This document shows, in pieces, positions 25,338-47,115 of a stretch of 64,000 nt of DNA. The position numbers were made by a program, and so were the translations under genes. The DNA comes from the human T2T-CHM13v2.0 reference genome, Homo sapiens, in NCBI RefSeq assembly GCF_009914755.1, contig NC_060936.1. One strand, written 5' to 3'. Under the pieces are notes generated by a model that saw only the letters and a list, made by a program, of their open reading frames with translations, had not been told where the DNA came from and did no database searches. Numbering within the stretch: position 1 is the first letter of the stretch; each line of letters starts with the position of its first letter.

Positions 25338-28300
25338 CATTATCTGTCTTTAGGGAGGAGACCCAACAGAGGTACCAAGGACAGTAAACTTCCTTTTTGA
25401 TTTGTGCCAATGATGAACAGAGGATCTATTCCACAAGACGCTGTATGTTTTTTCTCTCCTAAATTGCATACCACTTGGAGCCATACCCTGTGCACTGATG
25501 CTAAAGAACAAAGAAACTGTGTTTTCACACATCAACAGTGTTGATATTTTTGTCCAGCAGCTATAATGCAAAGCCTTCGTTTTTATTTGTAGCATTTTGA
25601 GAGCTTTAGGAAAGTATTATATAGTGTGTATACATAAATAAGCCGTGACTTAAGTAAGAGTGAAGAGAAATTTGTGACTGGCTTAGTTTAATTTATTTCA
25701 TGTAATCAATGTGTGAATGTTGATGTTTTAATATTTTTATTGACATCCTGTGACTGACTTACGTTACATATTGTGTGATTATGACCGTGTGCATGTTGCC
25801 AGACTCCATCCATGCATTGCTGATTTACACTACACAAGTGTCCTAGGGTGCTCCACCATCGAAGCTAACTCCACAGGAAGCCACTTGCATTTGTTTTGTG
25901 AAACTGTCCTAGCCATTGCTTAATTAGGTGAAATAATTCAGGGTTTTTTAAATCTGGAATTTAGTCGTTCCTTTACAATATTTCCAAATATACGTGTGGC
26001 CACAGAGCATAACAGATATTTTTCATAAGCTAAATTGTATGTATAAAACATTTGCAGTGTTTCAGACACTGTTGAACAAAAATGTAATTGGTAAGTATGT
26101 ATCCAAACAGGCATGGGGTTTCCTGATACATTATGTGTTTTGTTTCTGCCCTGTCTTATCATTTACACTCATGGATCTTCAGAATTAATCTAACATGGAA
26201 GTTATAGATACCTGAAAGCTGGGTTGGTCTACTTCAGGAACATTGCTTTAAGTGATGTATTTTAAAATAACCCGCTTCATATGTATGATCTGTTGGTGTA
26301 CACACCATGGGTAAGGTATTGCTTGCACCTAATTTGCTCTGCATATTATGGACCATTGTGGTTTCTTCCAGTCACTTAGATGGAAAGGAGGTTAAACCTA
26401 GGTACTTTTTAGCAAGGATATAAAGTCAAATTCAGCATATGTTTTTATTTTTAGGCTTGACTTTTACAAGACATTAATCTCCATTTGTACATATGTTATT
26501 TTATTTGTAAAACCAAATATGACTCAACACCTTTTTGATGAGTAGTGACTTAACTAAGATTTACAAGTAATATTTAGACAGATTCAGTCAGACACCACTT
26601 AGCCATTTTTACATTCCCTCTGGTTAGATTTGGTACAGTATAATTAAGACTTTAATCTGAAATTTAAAGTAGTTTTAATTCTGAAGAAGTTACATCCTCT
26701 GTATTATTTACATGCAACAAAATAAAAGTGGATTAATATAGTAATGCCATGGTAACAATAGAGCTATGTCTTATGCATGAAGGCAACTTTGGATGTTTTA
26801 ACACATTTGACTGACTTTGGTTTAGTGAATGCTGACAATGCTGCTCTACTTAGGTTTCCTATGAAATTTTTAAGAATGGCTATGAGACTGTATAGAAGCT
26901 TCTAGAGAACTGAAAGTCATAATGCAGAGTTGCCTTTTCTAGTGCAGCTAAGTGGCGGACCTCAACTGAAGATATGAGTTTCTTTGGGTTCTTGGAGTTA
27001 TCAAATTGATCTTGCCATTATATTACTTTGCAAATAACTGAAGTAAATGATTCTTACCTAAATAACCACAACCTGTACACATTTGCTCACAATTTATAGT
27101 AGTTATTTTCTATCTACCTATATTTAAAATTAGGATGATTAAAAAATAATTTATAGATTTTGTGACAGTAATGATTTACATATGCCCAATATATGCCTTA
27201 TTTTTAAATAAGTCATTCTGTATAAAGTCATTTTGTTGTTGTTCAGAACAAACCAAGATCTTATTCACAAAGAAAAACATTTTATAAATTGATCGCATTT
27301 TCTTTAAGTCAAAATGTTAAACTGGAGGCAGTATTAAACTTTGCAATTAGGAGTTTCAGAGATGCCTTGGCATACCACGAAAAACACTGTCAATATCCAA
27401 CTCATTATAAATTGTTATCAGAATTAACCTAATAACTTTAAGTAAGGACAAGCAGCATCCTAGCAACTTGTAGTAGTCTTGGGTTCCCAGCAGAGTATCA
27501 CAGTTAACCTCTCTGACAACTTCATCAGAATTTCCAAGCTGCCAAATAATCTTCATAGACCTAATTACAGATTTAAAAAAATTTCCTAGGCGACGAAAGT
27601 ATAGAAATGTGAATATGATGAATACATTGAGAAGCTGTACTTTTTAATTAGTTATATTACTTCTGGAAGCACATATCTAAGGAATATTTTCTAAGACTCA
27701 GAGGGAAAAAAACTCGTTTTCATAGGATCATCTGAAGATACTTTAGTATATTTGTGATCATTTTTATCTATTGCAAATACAAATGAATTAGATAAGTGCC
27801 ACATCCTGGATACATTTCGGAGGGGTAGTGGGCAATGGTATACAAAAATACCAAATATAAAATTTTCATCTGGGGGAATGTTCAGGTTCTAAATACTAAA
27901 TTAGATTTCAATGTTTTGTGTTTTTTTAAAAAAAATCATATTGCAACTTGTTTTATTGTGATTTTCTACAAGTATTAAATACATTTAAAGATCTTTTTAT
28001 CTTACCAAGAAATAATTTGGAATAGCATTGGTATATTTGACCTTTTGAGTGTCTGTCATCCTCAGAGAATGGCCCATAGTGTGTTGCCTGTGGACATAGT
28101 GTCCATAGTCCCTTTCTTGTCCTTCTGAGATATTTTGGTTTGATAACATTTTGTTTTTTGTCTTGATGCACAGGGACTTTTTTATAATATGAGACTTCAG
28201 TTGGTATTAATAGGAGTTACCTATTTAATTCTCCCAGTCATCAATGAGGTAATCATCAATTCCTATAGTTCAAATTAGTCATAAACAAGAGCTACAGCAA

Positions 28301-29390
28301 GACTGATAGAGTAAAAACTATATAAATACAGTAAAAAAAAATAGAATTTATGGTGTGAAATATGAAGTATAGCAATATATAACAAGAACATGTAAGCACT
28401 TGCTTCCACAGCATAAATGTAATTTACATCTGCATTAAAGGATAATTTTCTCTGTGAATAAGAGCAAAATGGTCTTCAGAGAAACAGACTGTTCATTTGA
28501 AGCCATTTCTGTAAACATCTTCCAAGATAGAACTGTAATGGATTGAGGAAATAACACAGAAAAGACAAAAACTTTTGATTTCAGGCATGCAAAGTGCGTG
28601 GGCAGATGGACAGTTCCCATTGTGCATTGCCTTTGATAAATTGGGCCTTAATTTATATAACGATGCTGTGTTCACATCCCTCTCCTACCTAAAGTTGTCT
28701 TTATTGGTTTATATTGTGTTAAAATTAGCTTATAATTATTACTTTTGTATTGTGTTCAGTTTTTTAAGTTGCATGTTTATACTATTTGCTACAGTATTTT
28801 TAAGTTTGGGGTGAAGGCCATCAGCTGTATCAAAAAGACAAAACAATCACTATTTATTCAGTATTGCTGCTTTACATCTCCAGAATAAGCTTTCGATGCC
28901 AGGACAGTGACTGCCTGAAAGCTGCAGGAGCTCTTTTCAATGCATTTTATATATTTTTAGAAACCAAATAAATGCAGAAAACTATTTAGTATACTAATTA
29001 TATTAAACCAGCAGAAATATAAAGGCAATAAAGTATATACATATATATGGGGGGAGGGGAAAGATTAAAAAATAGATTTACAGCCAGACATGGTGATAGC
29101 CCTAAATGTATTTCTCAATATGTTTTTCTTTATTGACCCTAGGAGGATTTGAGTTGCTGCAGCTTTAAACAGAAAATTGCCATGTTCACTAATTGTGAGC
29201 ACATAAATATGCTTTTAGTACTGCTTTGCTTATGTACAAATAAATCTGTAATATGTATTATATGTAATTATCCTTTTCTTTGACTTTCATTTTAAATGTA
29301 TATTTTCTGATCATTATGAGCTGTAAAACAAAGAATCAATATTGGATATTCTCCCAAATAATAAATTTTCAGGATTCATTGGGGCATTAC
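25338..29390 (+). other. RASSF8: Long AU-rich 3'UTR of the 419-aa isoform (end approximate)
   Basis: About 4 kb with no recognisable Alu or L1, ending in a cluster of AATAAA hexamers. Confidence 0.65.
28967..29365 (+). terminator. Cluster of polyadenylation signals
   Basis: AATAAA at 28967, 29027, 29239 (preceded by a TGTA CFIm motif) and 29360 (followed by GT/T-rich gttgtcagtttgtttctt); a proximal AATAAA lies at 26721. Confidence 0.6.
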
Positions 29391-29952
29391 AGTTGTCAGT
29401 TTGTTTCTTACATCCTTTATATTTTTAAATACAATTTTACTTCCTTTAAAAGATACCAAAGAGAATAGTGGCACATATCACTACACATAATTACATTTTT
29501 CATATATACTTAAAGAATCATCTACTGCTCCAAAGATGGCTTCATCAAAGTAAAACTGAATTAAGAAACTAATATGCCTTTTATTTCAAAAGTGAAAGAA
29601 GAAATGATATCTTAATGAATCTCTGTATTCCCAGATTTCCCTAAAACCATAAGTGAGAGGAAGAGAACTAACATTTCAGTCCCTACTACGTGCCAAGTGC
29701 AATATGGGGCACCGGTCACACTTTAAACATTCACAGCCATCCAAGGAACTGCTCCTAAATCACACAACCCCTAAGTAACTGACATAGCATTTGAACTTAG
29801 ATGTTTCAGACCTCAAGGCACTTTTCTGTATTCCATGGTAGAGATGCATGAGCTTTACGGTGCCCAGTTTCTGCATTTTAACCACTTTTTAATGTGGAAG
29901 TATATAAATTGTCATTTTTATAGGAATATTTTTATAAGAAGTTAAACCTTTA

Positions 29953-30522
<570 letters not shown>

Positions 30523-30778
30523 GTATATATATGAGAATAATAGTACGTTATAAAAGCAAAGATGAAATGAGAAACTTAAAGTCATTCAAAATACCAATAA
30601 GTCCTAGTTTGGGGGACTTTTAAAATGTTAATTATCCACCCTGTCCTCTAAAATCATGTTTTGTTAATGGCAGAGCAAGAAACAGGAACTACTGTTAACT
30701 CTTCACCCACTACCCTCTCCACATACGTGTGCTGTGTCTATTAGGAAAGACCAGTGGAGTCCTATAAAATGGGCATAA

Positions 30779-31183
<405 letters not shown>

Positions 31184-31289
31184 TAATGATAGAGATGACA
31201 ACTTCAGTACAACATGTTAAGAACCACTAGAGGGGCAAGGATAGGGTGTCACGGAGACAAACACATTAGGAGATACTTATCCCAACCCA

Positions 31290-31625
31290 GTGTGTTGGAA
31301 GATCCTGGAAGGTGATATAAACAAGAAGGGCTGTCTGGTGGAGCTGTAGCCAGACAGTGAAGAGCCCAGGAGGTCCAAGAGAGATGGGAAGTAGGCATCT
31401 GATCATGAGGGGCCTTGGTTGCCATGGTAAGGAGTTCGGACTTTATCCTGACAGCCACAAGCAAATTTTAAGCGTGGAAATTAAATGATTAGCATGTTAG
31501 GAAGATAATTCTGACTGGATATGTGAAGAACTGACTAAAGAAGGGTCAAGACTAGAGGCCAGAAAGACTACTTAAGAGGCCTGTAGGAGTCCAGGCCAGA
31601 GGTGATGGTAACTCAAACTAAGAAA
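31290..31625 (-). mobile_element. L2 fragment
   Basis: gggccttggttgccatggtaaggagttcggactttatcct...ccaggccagaggtgatggt resembles antisense L2. Confidence 0.6.
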
Positions 31626-32788
31626 GCAGTTTGTGCACGTAACAAATTTTTATTGGGCACCTTCTTTGAGCCAGGAAATGAACCAAACAAGTTATAGATA
31701 TTCTAAGTAGACAATAAGAATCAAAGATACTCCAGGTGTTTACCACTTACCCACAGCCTTAAAGGGTGGTGGAAATGATGGCTGTGGGTCTCTCAGTGAG
31801 TAGTCACAGATAATCTGTTCTTTGTGCTGTTGGGCAAGGGGTTGGCACAGGAGCAAGGAAAAAGAATAAAAACATGGAGAATAGAATATGTATTCAAGAG
31901 GTGGGCCTTCAAATGGGCTTCCTTTTTATAGAGTGTTTTTGCAGTGTTCCCTGTGAGAATGACATGGATTTGGAAGAAGTGCTCTTCTCTGCACCAAATT
32001 TAGCCATCCACAAGTCTCATCATCCAGTATGTTGGAATCCTGTTTTCCCAGCGTTATACTTGACTGCATGTTCTATATCCACCACTCTCTTTTATCTGCC
32101 ATGTGTTTGTGTCCAAGGTGATAGAGGGTCTGACATGGTCCAGAATGAAAGAAGTGAAGAAGGTGGACAGTACAAATTCCGTGTACACAAAGTCAATATT
32201 TACAAGTCTCCTGCAATGCTGGAAGTGTGAAGATCAAATAAACAAATTGAAATACTTAGTAACAAAATATTTTTAGGCATAAAGCAAATCATAGGCACTT
32301 TAAACAAGAAACAATCAGCAACAGTCACCACACAAAGGGAGGCTGGGGAGACAGGGAGGAGTGCGGCATGTACACCAGGAACAACTCACTCAGGCAAGGG
32401 AGGGGCTCACCAGACAAGCCACTGTGACAGTCATTGGGCACAGCCACAAACTGCTCCTACATCACCCCACCAACGCCAGCCTACATCTGAATCCTTTGAG
32501 GGCCACACCATCCCAGCCCATCTCGACAAGCTAAAAAGGTCTTTTTATTGAGGCAAAGTAGATTACCTTGTAATTTCAACATTCTTTAAGGCCACATAGA
32601 AGAAACAATTTCCCATCAATATGACAGCACTTCAGGTATTTGGGGGGCATCTATGATGCCCCCTAGTCTTCTCTTTCCCAGGCTACATATTCCCGATTCT
32701 TGCAAATAGTGCAGTCTTCAGTCTCCTCTCTCCTGAACACACTCTACACCAATCGTGACTGTGACTGCCAGGACTGATCACAAAAATC

Positions 32789-34212
<1,424 letters not shown>

Positions 34213-35560
34213 AACTCTCTTTAAATTAGGAACCTGGCTCATTGTTAGGAGTCAGGCTAAAGCTAAACTGGTTTGGTTGGCTGGTTTTTTTGGAACTTCA
34301 TCTTACTGAATCATTGAACTGACAGTTCATTAAAATCCAGTTTTTCACATTTTTCTACTGGGAAATCTTCCATAACTTGTATGTATGTAATTGAGTTTCA
34401 GAGTGCATATGCAGGATCATACTTTGTTAAAATACTTATCTCTAAAACCTCTGAAATAATAAAGAGGGAAGATGTGGGCTTTAATGTCAGGTCAAAATCG
34501 AGGTTAATTTTGTTGAAGGCAGAGTTCTACAGAAGCATAAGCAGGTGATAACTGAGTAAATCCGGGAAGACTCTGATGAGGAGGTGAATTAGGCTTTTGA
34601 AGAGTAAACAAGTTTTCACTGAGTCATATTTATTGAATGCCTACTGTGTAGTAGACACTGGAGATATAGCAGTGAATCACAAAAACCAAATCCCTGCCCA
34701 TGTGGAATTCATACCTTAAAGAGGAAGACAGATGTTGAACAAAGAAGCAAAAAATTAGTATCTTCAATTGTGATTAGAATTAATGAGAAAAATAAAAGCA
34801 GCAAAGAGGGATAGGAAGTGCTTGTGATTTTATACAGTGGCTTGAGAAGTCCTCTCTTAAAAGATGGCCTTGGAGTAAAGGTGAAGGAAGTGTGGGCAGG
34901 CCATGCAGAAATGAAAAGGAGTAATCTGGGCCACATAACCCACATCAGGCTTCAGTGAGAGAGGTCTGAGAAGCCTGGGAGGCCTCTGGAGTCCAGCTTT
35001 CTGTTTGTAAGCAACAGATTTGGAATATATAGGCCTTTTCCTGGCTGTGAGCCAGTAACCCCTTCCAAGTACTCACTTGATCATTCTCAGATCTAATATA
35101 ATGCAGGAAGAAGATATTTTAAATATAAACACATGTTTAAAATCTGAATTGAATTACCCTTAATTCTTCCCAAATTAAAATTAAATTCACAGGTAAGATG
35201 TCCTTCTATGAATAGACACAAACTTGGTTTAGTCTATTTCCCAAAATAGTAGTAAGGAATAACCATTGGATTTAATGGTGCCTTCTTTTGCTACATATCC
35301 TCCTCCAAATATAATACAGCTTTATAACCTAAAGATATGTATTTTTAAAATTCAGGACATTAAACAAAAATAATTCATTGTCAAGTACTCTTGTAAACTT
35401 AAATGAATATTTCTAGAAGGTTCTCAAAAAAAAAGGCTCTAACCGAAAAGACAAAGACCCAAACTAAAGCTAGTAATTGAGATCATGATTATATATACAA
35501 AAACAAATTCACCAACCTTAACTCTTTTTTGTTGTTGTGTGTTTCTTCTGTTTTATCTAG

Positions 35561-35597
35561 GGATCATCATTCTTTCTGATAAGCAGGAGTGTAAAGA

Positions 35598-35601
<4 letters not shown>
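35561..35601 (+). CDS. RASSF8: RASSF8 alternative distal last exon (GIIILSDKQECKD-stop), 392-aa isoform
   Basis: Long pyrimidine tract and AG at 35560; phase-1 join to 24232 gives 1138+41=1179 nt = 392 aa plus stop, matching the shorter RASSF8 isoform length I recall. Confidence 0.85.
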
Positions 35602-37135
<1,534 letters not shown>

Positions 37136-39495
37136 ATTATCAAGACAAGTCACTTATGGTGTATAATGATGGTTAAATAAGAACAAATTGGTTCCCATAA
37201 AACAAGCTTCCAAGAACTTGCCCGGACTTCCATTGGAAGCTCCATTTGCCACATGGCAGAAGCAAACCCTCTAGGAGTATTTGCTTAGAGAGGACCCTGT
37301 AAAGAGTTTATCCACTATGTTTTCTCCAAATCTTCTAAATTTATTTGGTGCCAGAGGTCCTGGCAAGAGAGATAAGGTCATACAGCAATAGCAATATAGC
37401 AATTCGAGTGGTTTACTTGAGAGTCAAATTGGAGAATCTGGTGATATTCAATAAGAAAAAAAGGATTTATTTTGCTTTTGAGACATGTATTAGTCTGCTT
37501 TCACACTGCTATAAAGATACTGTCTGAGACTGAGTAATTTATAAACAAAAGAGATTTAATTGACACAGTTCCATATGGCTGGTGGGGCCTCAGAAAACTT
37601 ACATCATGGCAAAAGGCAAAGGGGAAGTAGGCACTTTCTTCACAAGGAAGCAGGAGAGACAGAGAGCAAAGGGAGAAGTGCCACTTTTAAGCCATCAGAT
37701 CTCATAACAACTCCTTCACTATCACAAGAACATCATGGGGAAACTGAGCCCATGATCCAACCACCTCCCACCAGTGCCTCCCTTGATCCATGGGGATTAC
37801 AATTTGAGATGAGATTTGCGTGGGGACATAGAGCCAAACCATATTATTCCACCCTTGGCCCCTCCCAAATCTCATGTCTTTTTCACATTTCAAAACCAAT
37901 CATGCCTCCCCAACAGTCCCCAAAGTCTTAACTCATTCCAGCATTAACTCAAAAGTCCAAGTCTAAAGTCTCATCTGAGACAAGGCAAGTCCCTTCTGCC
38001 TATGAGCCTGTAACATGAAAAACAAGTTTGATACTTCCAAGATACAGTGGGGGTTCAGGCATTGGGTAAATGTTCCTATTCCAAATGGGAGAAATTGGCC
38101 AAAGCAAAGGGGCCAGAGGCCCCATGTAAGTCCAAAACCCAGCAGGGCACTCATTAAATCTTAAAGCTCAAAAATAATCTTCTTTGACTCCATGTCTTAC
38201 TTCCAGGGCATGCTGATGCAAGGAGTAATCTCCCAGGGCCTTGGGAAGCTCCACCCCCATGGTTCTGCAGGGCACAGCCTTCACAGCTACTTTCATGTTT
38301 TGGTGTTGAGTGCCTGCAACTTTTCCAAGCACACAGTGCAAGCTGTTGGTGTATCTACCATCCTGGGGGCTGGAGGACAGTGGCCCTTTTCTCACAGTTC
38401 TACTAGGCAGTGCCCCAGTGGGGACTCTGAGAGGGCTCCAACCACACATTTCCCTGCTGCATTGCCTAGAAGAGGTTCTCCATGAGGGCTCTGCTCCTGC
38501 AACAGACTTCTGCTTGGACATCCAGGCCTTTTGATACATCCTCTGAAATCTAGGCAGAGGCTCCCAAAGCTCAATTCTTGTCTTCTGTGCACCCACAGTC
38601 CCAGCACCACATGGAAGCCACCAAGGCTTGGGGCTTACACCCTTTGAAGCTACAGCCTGAGCTGTACCTTGGCCCCTTTTAGCCGCAGCTGGAGCTGCAG
38701 TGGCTGGGATGCAAGGCACCAAGCCCTGGGGCTGCACAGAGTAGCCAGGTCCTGGGCCTGGCCAACAAAACTATTTTTCCCTCCTAGGCCTCCAGGCCTG
38801 TGATGGGAGGGGCTGCCATGAAGATCTCTGACATGGCCTGGAGACATTTTCCCCATTCTCTTGGCTATTAACGTTTGGCTTCTTATTACTTATGCAAATT
38901 CCTGCGGCTTGATTTTCTCCCAGAAAATTGGTTTTTCTTTTCTACCACATGGTCATGCTACAAATTTTCCTTTATGCTCTCTTCCCTTTTAAAAATAAGT
39001 TCCAATTTGAAACCATCTCTTTGTGAATGCATATGACAACACTTTCAGGAAAAGCCAGGTTACCTCTTGAATGCGTTGCTACTTAGAAATTTCTTCTAAG
39101 CAGATATCCTAAATTATGTTTTTTTAAGTTCAAAGTTCTGCAGATCTCTAGGGCAGGGGCAAAATGCCACCAGTCTCTTTGCTAAAGCATAGCATATGTG
39201 ACCTTTACTCCAGTTTCCAATAAGTTCCTCATCTCCATCTGAGACCACCTCAGCCTAGACTTCATTGTCCATATCCCTAGCAGCATTTTGGTCAAAACTG
39301 TTCAAAAAGTCTCTAGGAAGTTCCAAAGTCTCCCACATCTTCCTGTCTTCTTCTGAGCCCTCCAAACTGTTCTGCTTATTACCCAGCTCCAAAGTTGCTT
39401 CCACATTTTCAGGTTATCTTTATAGCAGTGCCCCACTCCCAGTACCAATTCTCTGCATTAGTCCATTTTCACACTGTTATAAAGATACTACCTGA

Positions 39496-40780
<1,285 letters not shown>

Positions 40781-40855
40781 TATAGCAATGAAAAGAAAAA
40801 GAAACAGAAGGAATAAAATGCCAGGGAGACATGAGTTCCAGTCCTTGCTTACTAC

Positions 40856-41632
<777 letters not shown>

Positions 41633-42004
41633 AATAAAATAAAATAAAGATACTACCTGAGACTAGGAAATTTATAAACAATAGAGGTTTAATTGACTAC
41701 AGTTCCACATGGCTGGGGAGGCCTCAGGAAACTTAAAATCATGGTGGAAGGTGAAGGGGAAGCAGGCACAGTCTTTACAAGGTGGCAGGAGGGAGGGAGA
41801 GAGAGAGACAGAGGGAGCGCAAAGGGAGAAGTGCCACATCAGATCTCATGACAACTCCCCCACTATCACAAGAATAGCATGGGGAAAACTGTCCTCATGA
41901 TCCAATCACTTCCCACCAGGTCCCTCCCTTGACATATGGGGATTACAATTCGAGATGAGATTTGGATGGGGACCCAGAGCCAAACCATATCAAGACAGAA
42001 TCTC

Positions 42005-42584
<580 letters not shown>

Positions 42585-42686
42585 TAGAAGAAAGGTTTTA
42601 TCTGGTTGCTATTATATGTATTGTAATCTAAATATTATGTATATATCTATATAGGAATATTTACATATACATATATATTGTGATGA

Positions 42687-43069
<383 letters not shown>

Positions 43070-43697
43070 AAGAGTAACTTTTTTTAACTAGTTTAACTTT
43101 TACTGGAAAAAAGAAAACACTTCACAGAGGAAGTAGCCTTTGAGTTAGGTCATAACATGTTTTAAAAGATTTCATCAGTTATGGAGACTACAAAAAATAA
43201 TCAGCAGAGACGGAAAAGTGAGATGAACCTTTCATAATCTAGTGTGTCTGAAATTTTAAGATGAATGGGTAAATGTGATGGGAGATGAGGTTGGAGAAAA
43301 ATCAGCAGATAGAAGTGATACCACTTTTAGAAAAGAAACCCAGAGACTTCTGTGTAGGATTGAGAAAGAAGAAGGGGATATGAGGAGACTGGCTTAAAAA
43401 TTATTTTAACAGTAACTCAAGAGTGGATAGGGATGAACTAACAGGGACAGAGAAATGTAAATTGCTGAATATATTCAAGAGACAGTTTTAGGGGTAATAT
43501 TGACAGAATTTTTGTCCAACTATCTAAGGGGATGAAGGGAGACTAGTCATGAGTTTCAAGCAAGGTAATCAGGAAGATTCAATCTGCTCTAGTGGGGAAA
43601 TATCTGGCATAGCCTAGTTCTGATTCTAGCTCTGCCATCTATTCATGGTGTAATTTGGGAAAGGCCATGTAACTGCTCTCATTTTCTGCTTCCCTAT

Positions 43698-43766
43698 CTG
43701 TAAATGGAGGAAGCCCTCTGTCCTCATCAACTGTAAATGGAGGAAGACTTCCTCTGTCCTCACCAA
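43698..43766 (+). repeat. Tandem duplication, 33/36-bp units, in a MIR-like fragment
   Basis: ctgtaaatggaggaag-ccctctgtcctcatcaa / ctgtaaatggaggaagacttcctctgtcctcaccaa. Confidence 0.85.
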
Positions 43767-44072
43767 CTCTGAAATTCTACCACTTCGTGATAGCTTTAGT
43801 GGACATGGGATCTACTAGGAAAGAAGATATTTACAAGATGAGTAAAGTTTTACACTTGTCCTGTTGAGATGCTGGTAGGATCTGCATTGAGATCTCCAGA
43901 AAGGGTTTGAATTTGCATATCTGAACTTTGACAAAGAAACAAAGCTGAAGACAGACATATAGAAACTAACTGCACAGAGACAATAGTTGAAAATGTAGAA
44001 CTCCCCGCACCCCGCCAACACCATCCCAAATGCATACAAATATATATGTATATGTATTCTTTATTTTTAAAA

Positions 44073-44558
<486 letters not shown>

Positions 44559-44919
44559 TCAAATACATACAAATATATTTAAAAATGAAGACGAGGTAAA
44601 CTTTCTCAGAAATCTAAGCATTTATTACCCAGGATGGTCATAGGACCAGCAGCCTTGGTGTTGCCTGGGGGTTGGTTGGAAATGTAGAGCCTCAGGCCCC
44701 ACTTACTGAGCTAGAATATATATTTTAGTGAGATTCCATGTTACTTACATGCACATTCAAGTTGCAGAAGTGCTGGTGTCATCCAAGAAGAGGGCCAAGG
44801 ACAGGAGCATCTACAATTACATAGATGGAATATCTACAATTATGACACCCACAGGTAGAAGAGGCCAGAGAAGGAGACCAGGAGGAATTAGAAGCTAAAA
44901 GCACTGGGAGAAGAGTTAG

Positions 44920-45245
44920 TGTCTTCATCTGTTTGGACTGCTATAACAAAAAATGCCATTAATCGGGTAGCTTATAAACAACTGAAATTTATTTCTCACA
45001 GTTCTGGAGGCTGGGAAATTCAAGATCAAAGTGCCAGCAGATTTGGTGTCTGGTGACGGCCCATTCATCTTAGACGTCACCTTCTTGCTGTGGCCTCACA
45101 CGATGAAAGGGGCAAACAAGCTCCCTTGGGCCACCCCCCATGACATAACCACCTCCGAAAAGGCCTCCCCTCTTAACACCATCACCTACGGGGCTAGGAT
45201 TTCAACAGATGAATTTTGGGTGACACAAACATTCAGACCATAGCA
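44920..45245 (-). mobile_element. MLT1A/MST-like MaLR solo LTR
   Basis: tgctataacaaaa...atttatttctcacagttctggaggctgggaa...aacattcagaccatagca. Confidence 0.8.
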
Positions 45246-46824
45246 GTCACTATCTAACAACAGGTGGATGGGACGTTTGTCTAAACCGAATTGTACTTCG
45301 GTAACAGGATCATATAAGGACAAATTTAACCAATGTCTTTTTTAGTTTTTAGTTTCTTTTGTTTTGGTTTTAGCAACTCTAGATTTTCTAGAGACTATCA
45401 ACATTACCTTTCTTTGCTCTCCAGCCCCCATGCCCAGAAAAGAAATAAGATTATTAGGGAGTCAAGCATCTCGGCTCTTCTTACCTCTTAGGGTAGTAAA
45501 TTGCTTTTTGTATGCGAGTGGTTTTGCGTATGTGAAGATAATTTTGAGATAGGAGTAGAATGCCCTGAAGATAATGCTTATGTTTTAAAGATAATAAGCC
45601 AACACAGTGAACGGAATAAGCTGCACTGGACCTGAGGAGTGAGGTTAAATAGGGAAGTAAGACACCACCTGGAGACAGTATTGCTCAAGACTGAAAGTGG
45701 ATGAGGGTTGCAAAGCTGTTTGCACAGTGCTTCTGAAGCATCATGGCAGCCTGGGGAATTTCCCATGCTGAGCTTGCCTGGAGTATGTGTGTGTATGCAT
45801 GCATGTGTATGTGCATTCGTTTGTGTGTGAAGGAAGGGGAGCAGAGCTGCTGGCTTAGTCAGCTACCTTTGAATGCTTCTCCCTCAACAGGGGCTGAGAA
45901 CCAGACCCCTTGCCTTTGTCCCTGAATTATATTAGCTCAGGGGTTCTTATGCCATCCAAAGATAAGGACATAAGAAGAATAGGGAAAGTGCCAAAAATTA
46001 ACTGATATTGTATTTAATTAAGAAAAAAATAAATATAATATTTATAATATTTAAGTTTGAGTGTTGTGGAGAGATATATGCCTGTTTCATTTAGCTTCTG
46101 GCATACCCTTTATTGCCAGAGTTGCTTCATTTCTGATAGATTTTTATTGGAAGTAGTTTCCAATAGGTTGACTTCATGTTTGTTTAAACTCCCCATTTCC
46201 TGACTCTATCAGGCACTTTAAGAGAAAGCAAATAGTAAATTAGAAAGTAGAAAGGAGTCTGGAGGCCCAGCAGTTCCAAATCATCTTTATTCCATAATAG
46301 CCATCAAACACTGGGCAAGGCACTGAGTCTCTCTGGGCCTTAGTTCCCACTTTTGTAAAATAAAGAGCTAAGGTGAGTTCATTTCTGTCTTTTCCAGCAC
46401 TAGCACTCCACAATTCTCTGATATGTATTAAGGACAATGAATACAGAAAGGTTTGAAAATCACGCAGATGAAGAACAGAAATAACAAACATGGCTGCAAC
46501 CTAAATTTGTCAGTCAATTCAATCTCTTCAAAGTTTTTTACTAAGCATTGTCCACAGTATGGGCAGCCAGGGAAACAGAGAACAATGAAGAGGTAACAGA
46601 TGGAAGAAGGTCAATAACTCCGAACACAGCTCCCTAGTGTGGGGATCCAGTGTCCCCACTGTGTAGCTGGACTGGCCTCCTCCCCTCAGGCTTCTTTCAT
46701 GGTGGCAGGGTGCTCTTGCACATCGGGCTGCCTGTTGCTCTTAAGGACTGATCCTGCATGGAGAGGCCTCTGTGTCTCCAATCGTCAGCCTGTCCTACTG
46801 GTTTTAGCTAAAAAGTCTTACCTG

Positions 46825-47115
<291 letters not shown>

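Noticed and set aside
31223-31238. CTCF-like CCACTAGAGGGGCA (and a weaker match at ~15028)
   Set aside because: An extra G or several mismatches break the core register.
37560-39495. Overlapping ORFs up to 189 aa
   Set aside because: They lie in the MaLR LTR/internal region and are degraded remnants in mixed frames.
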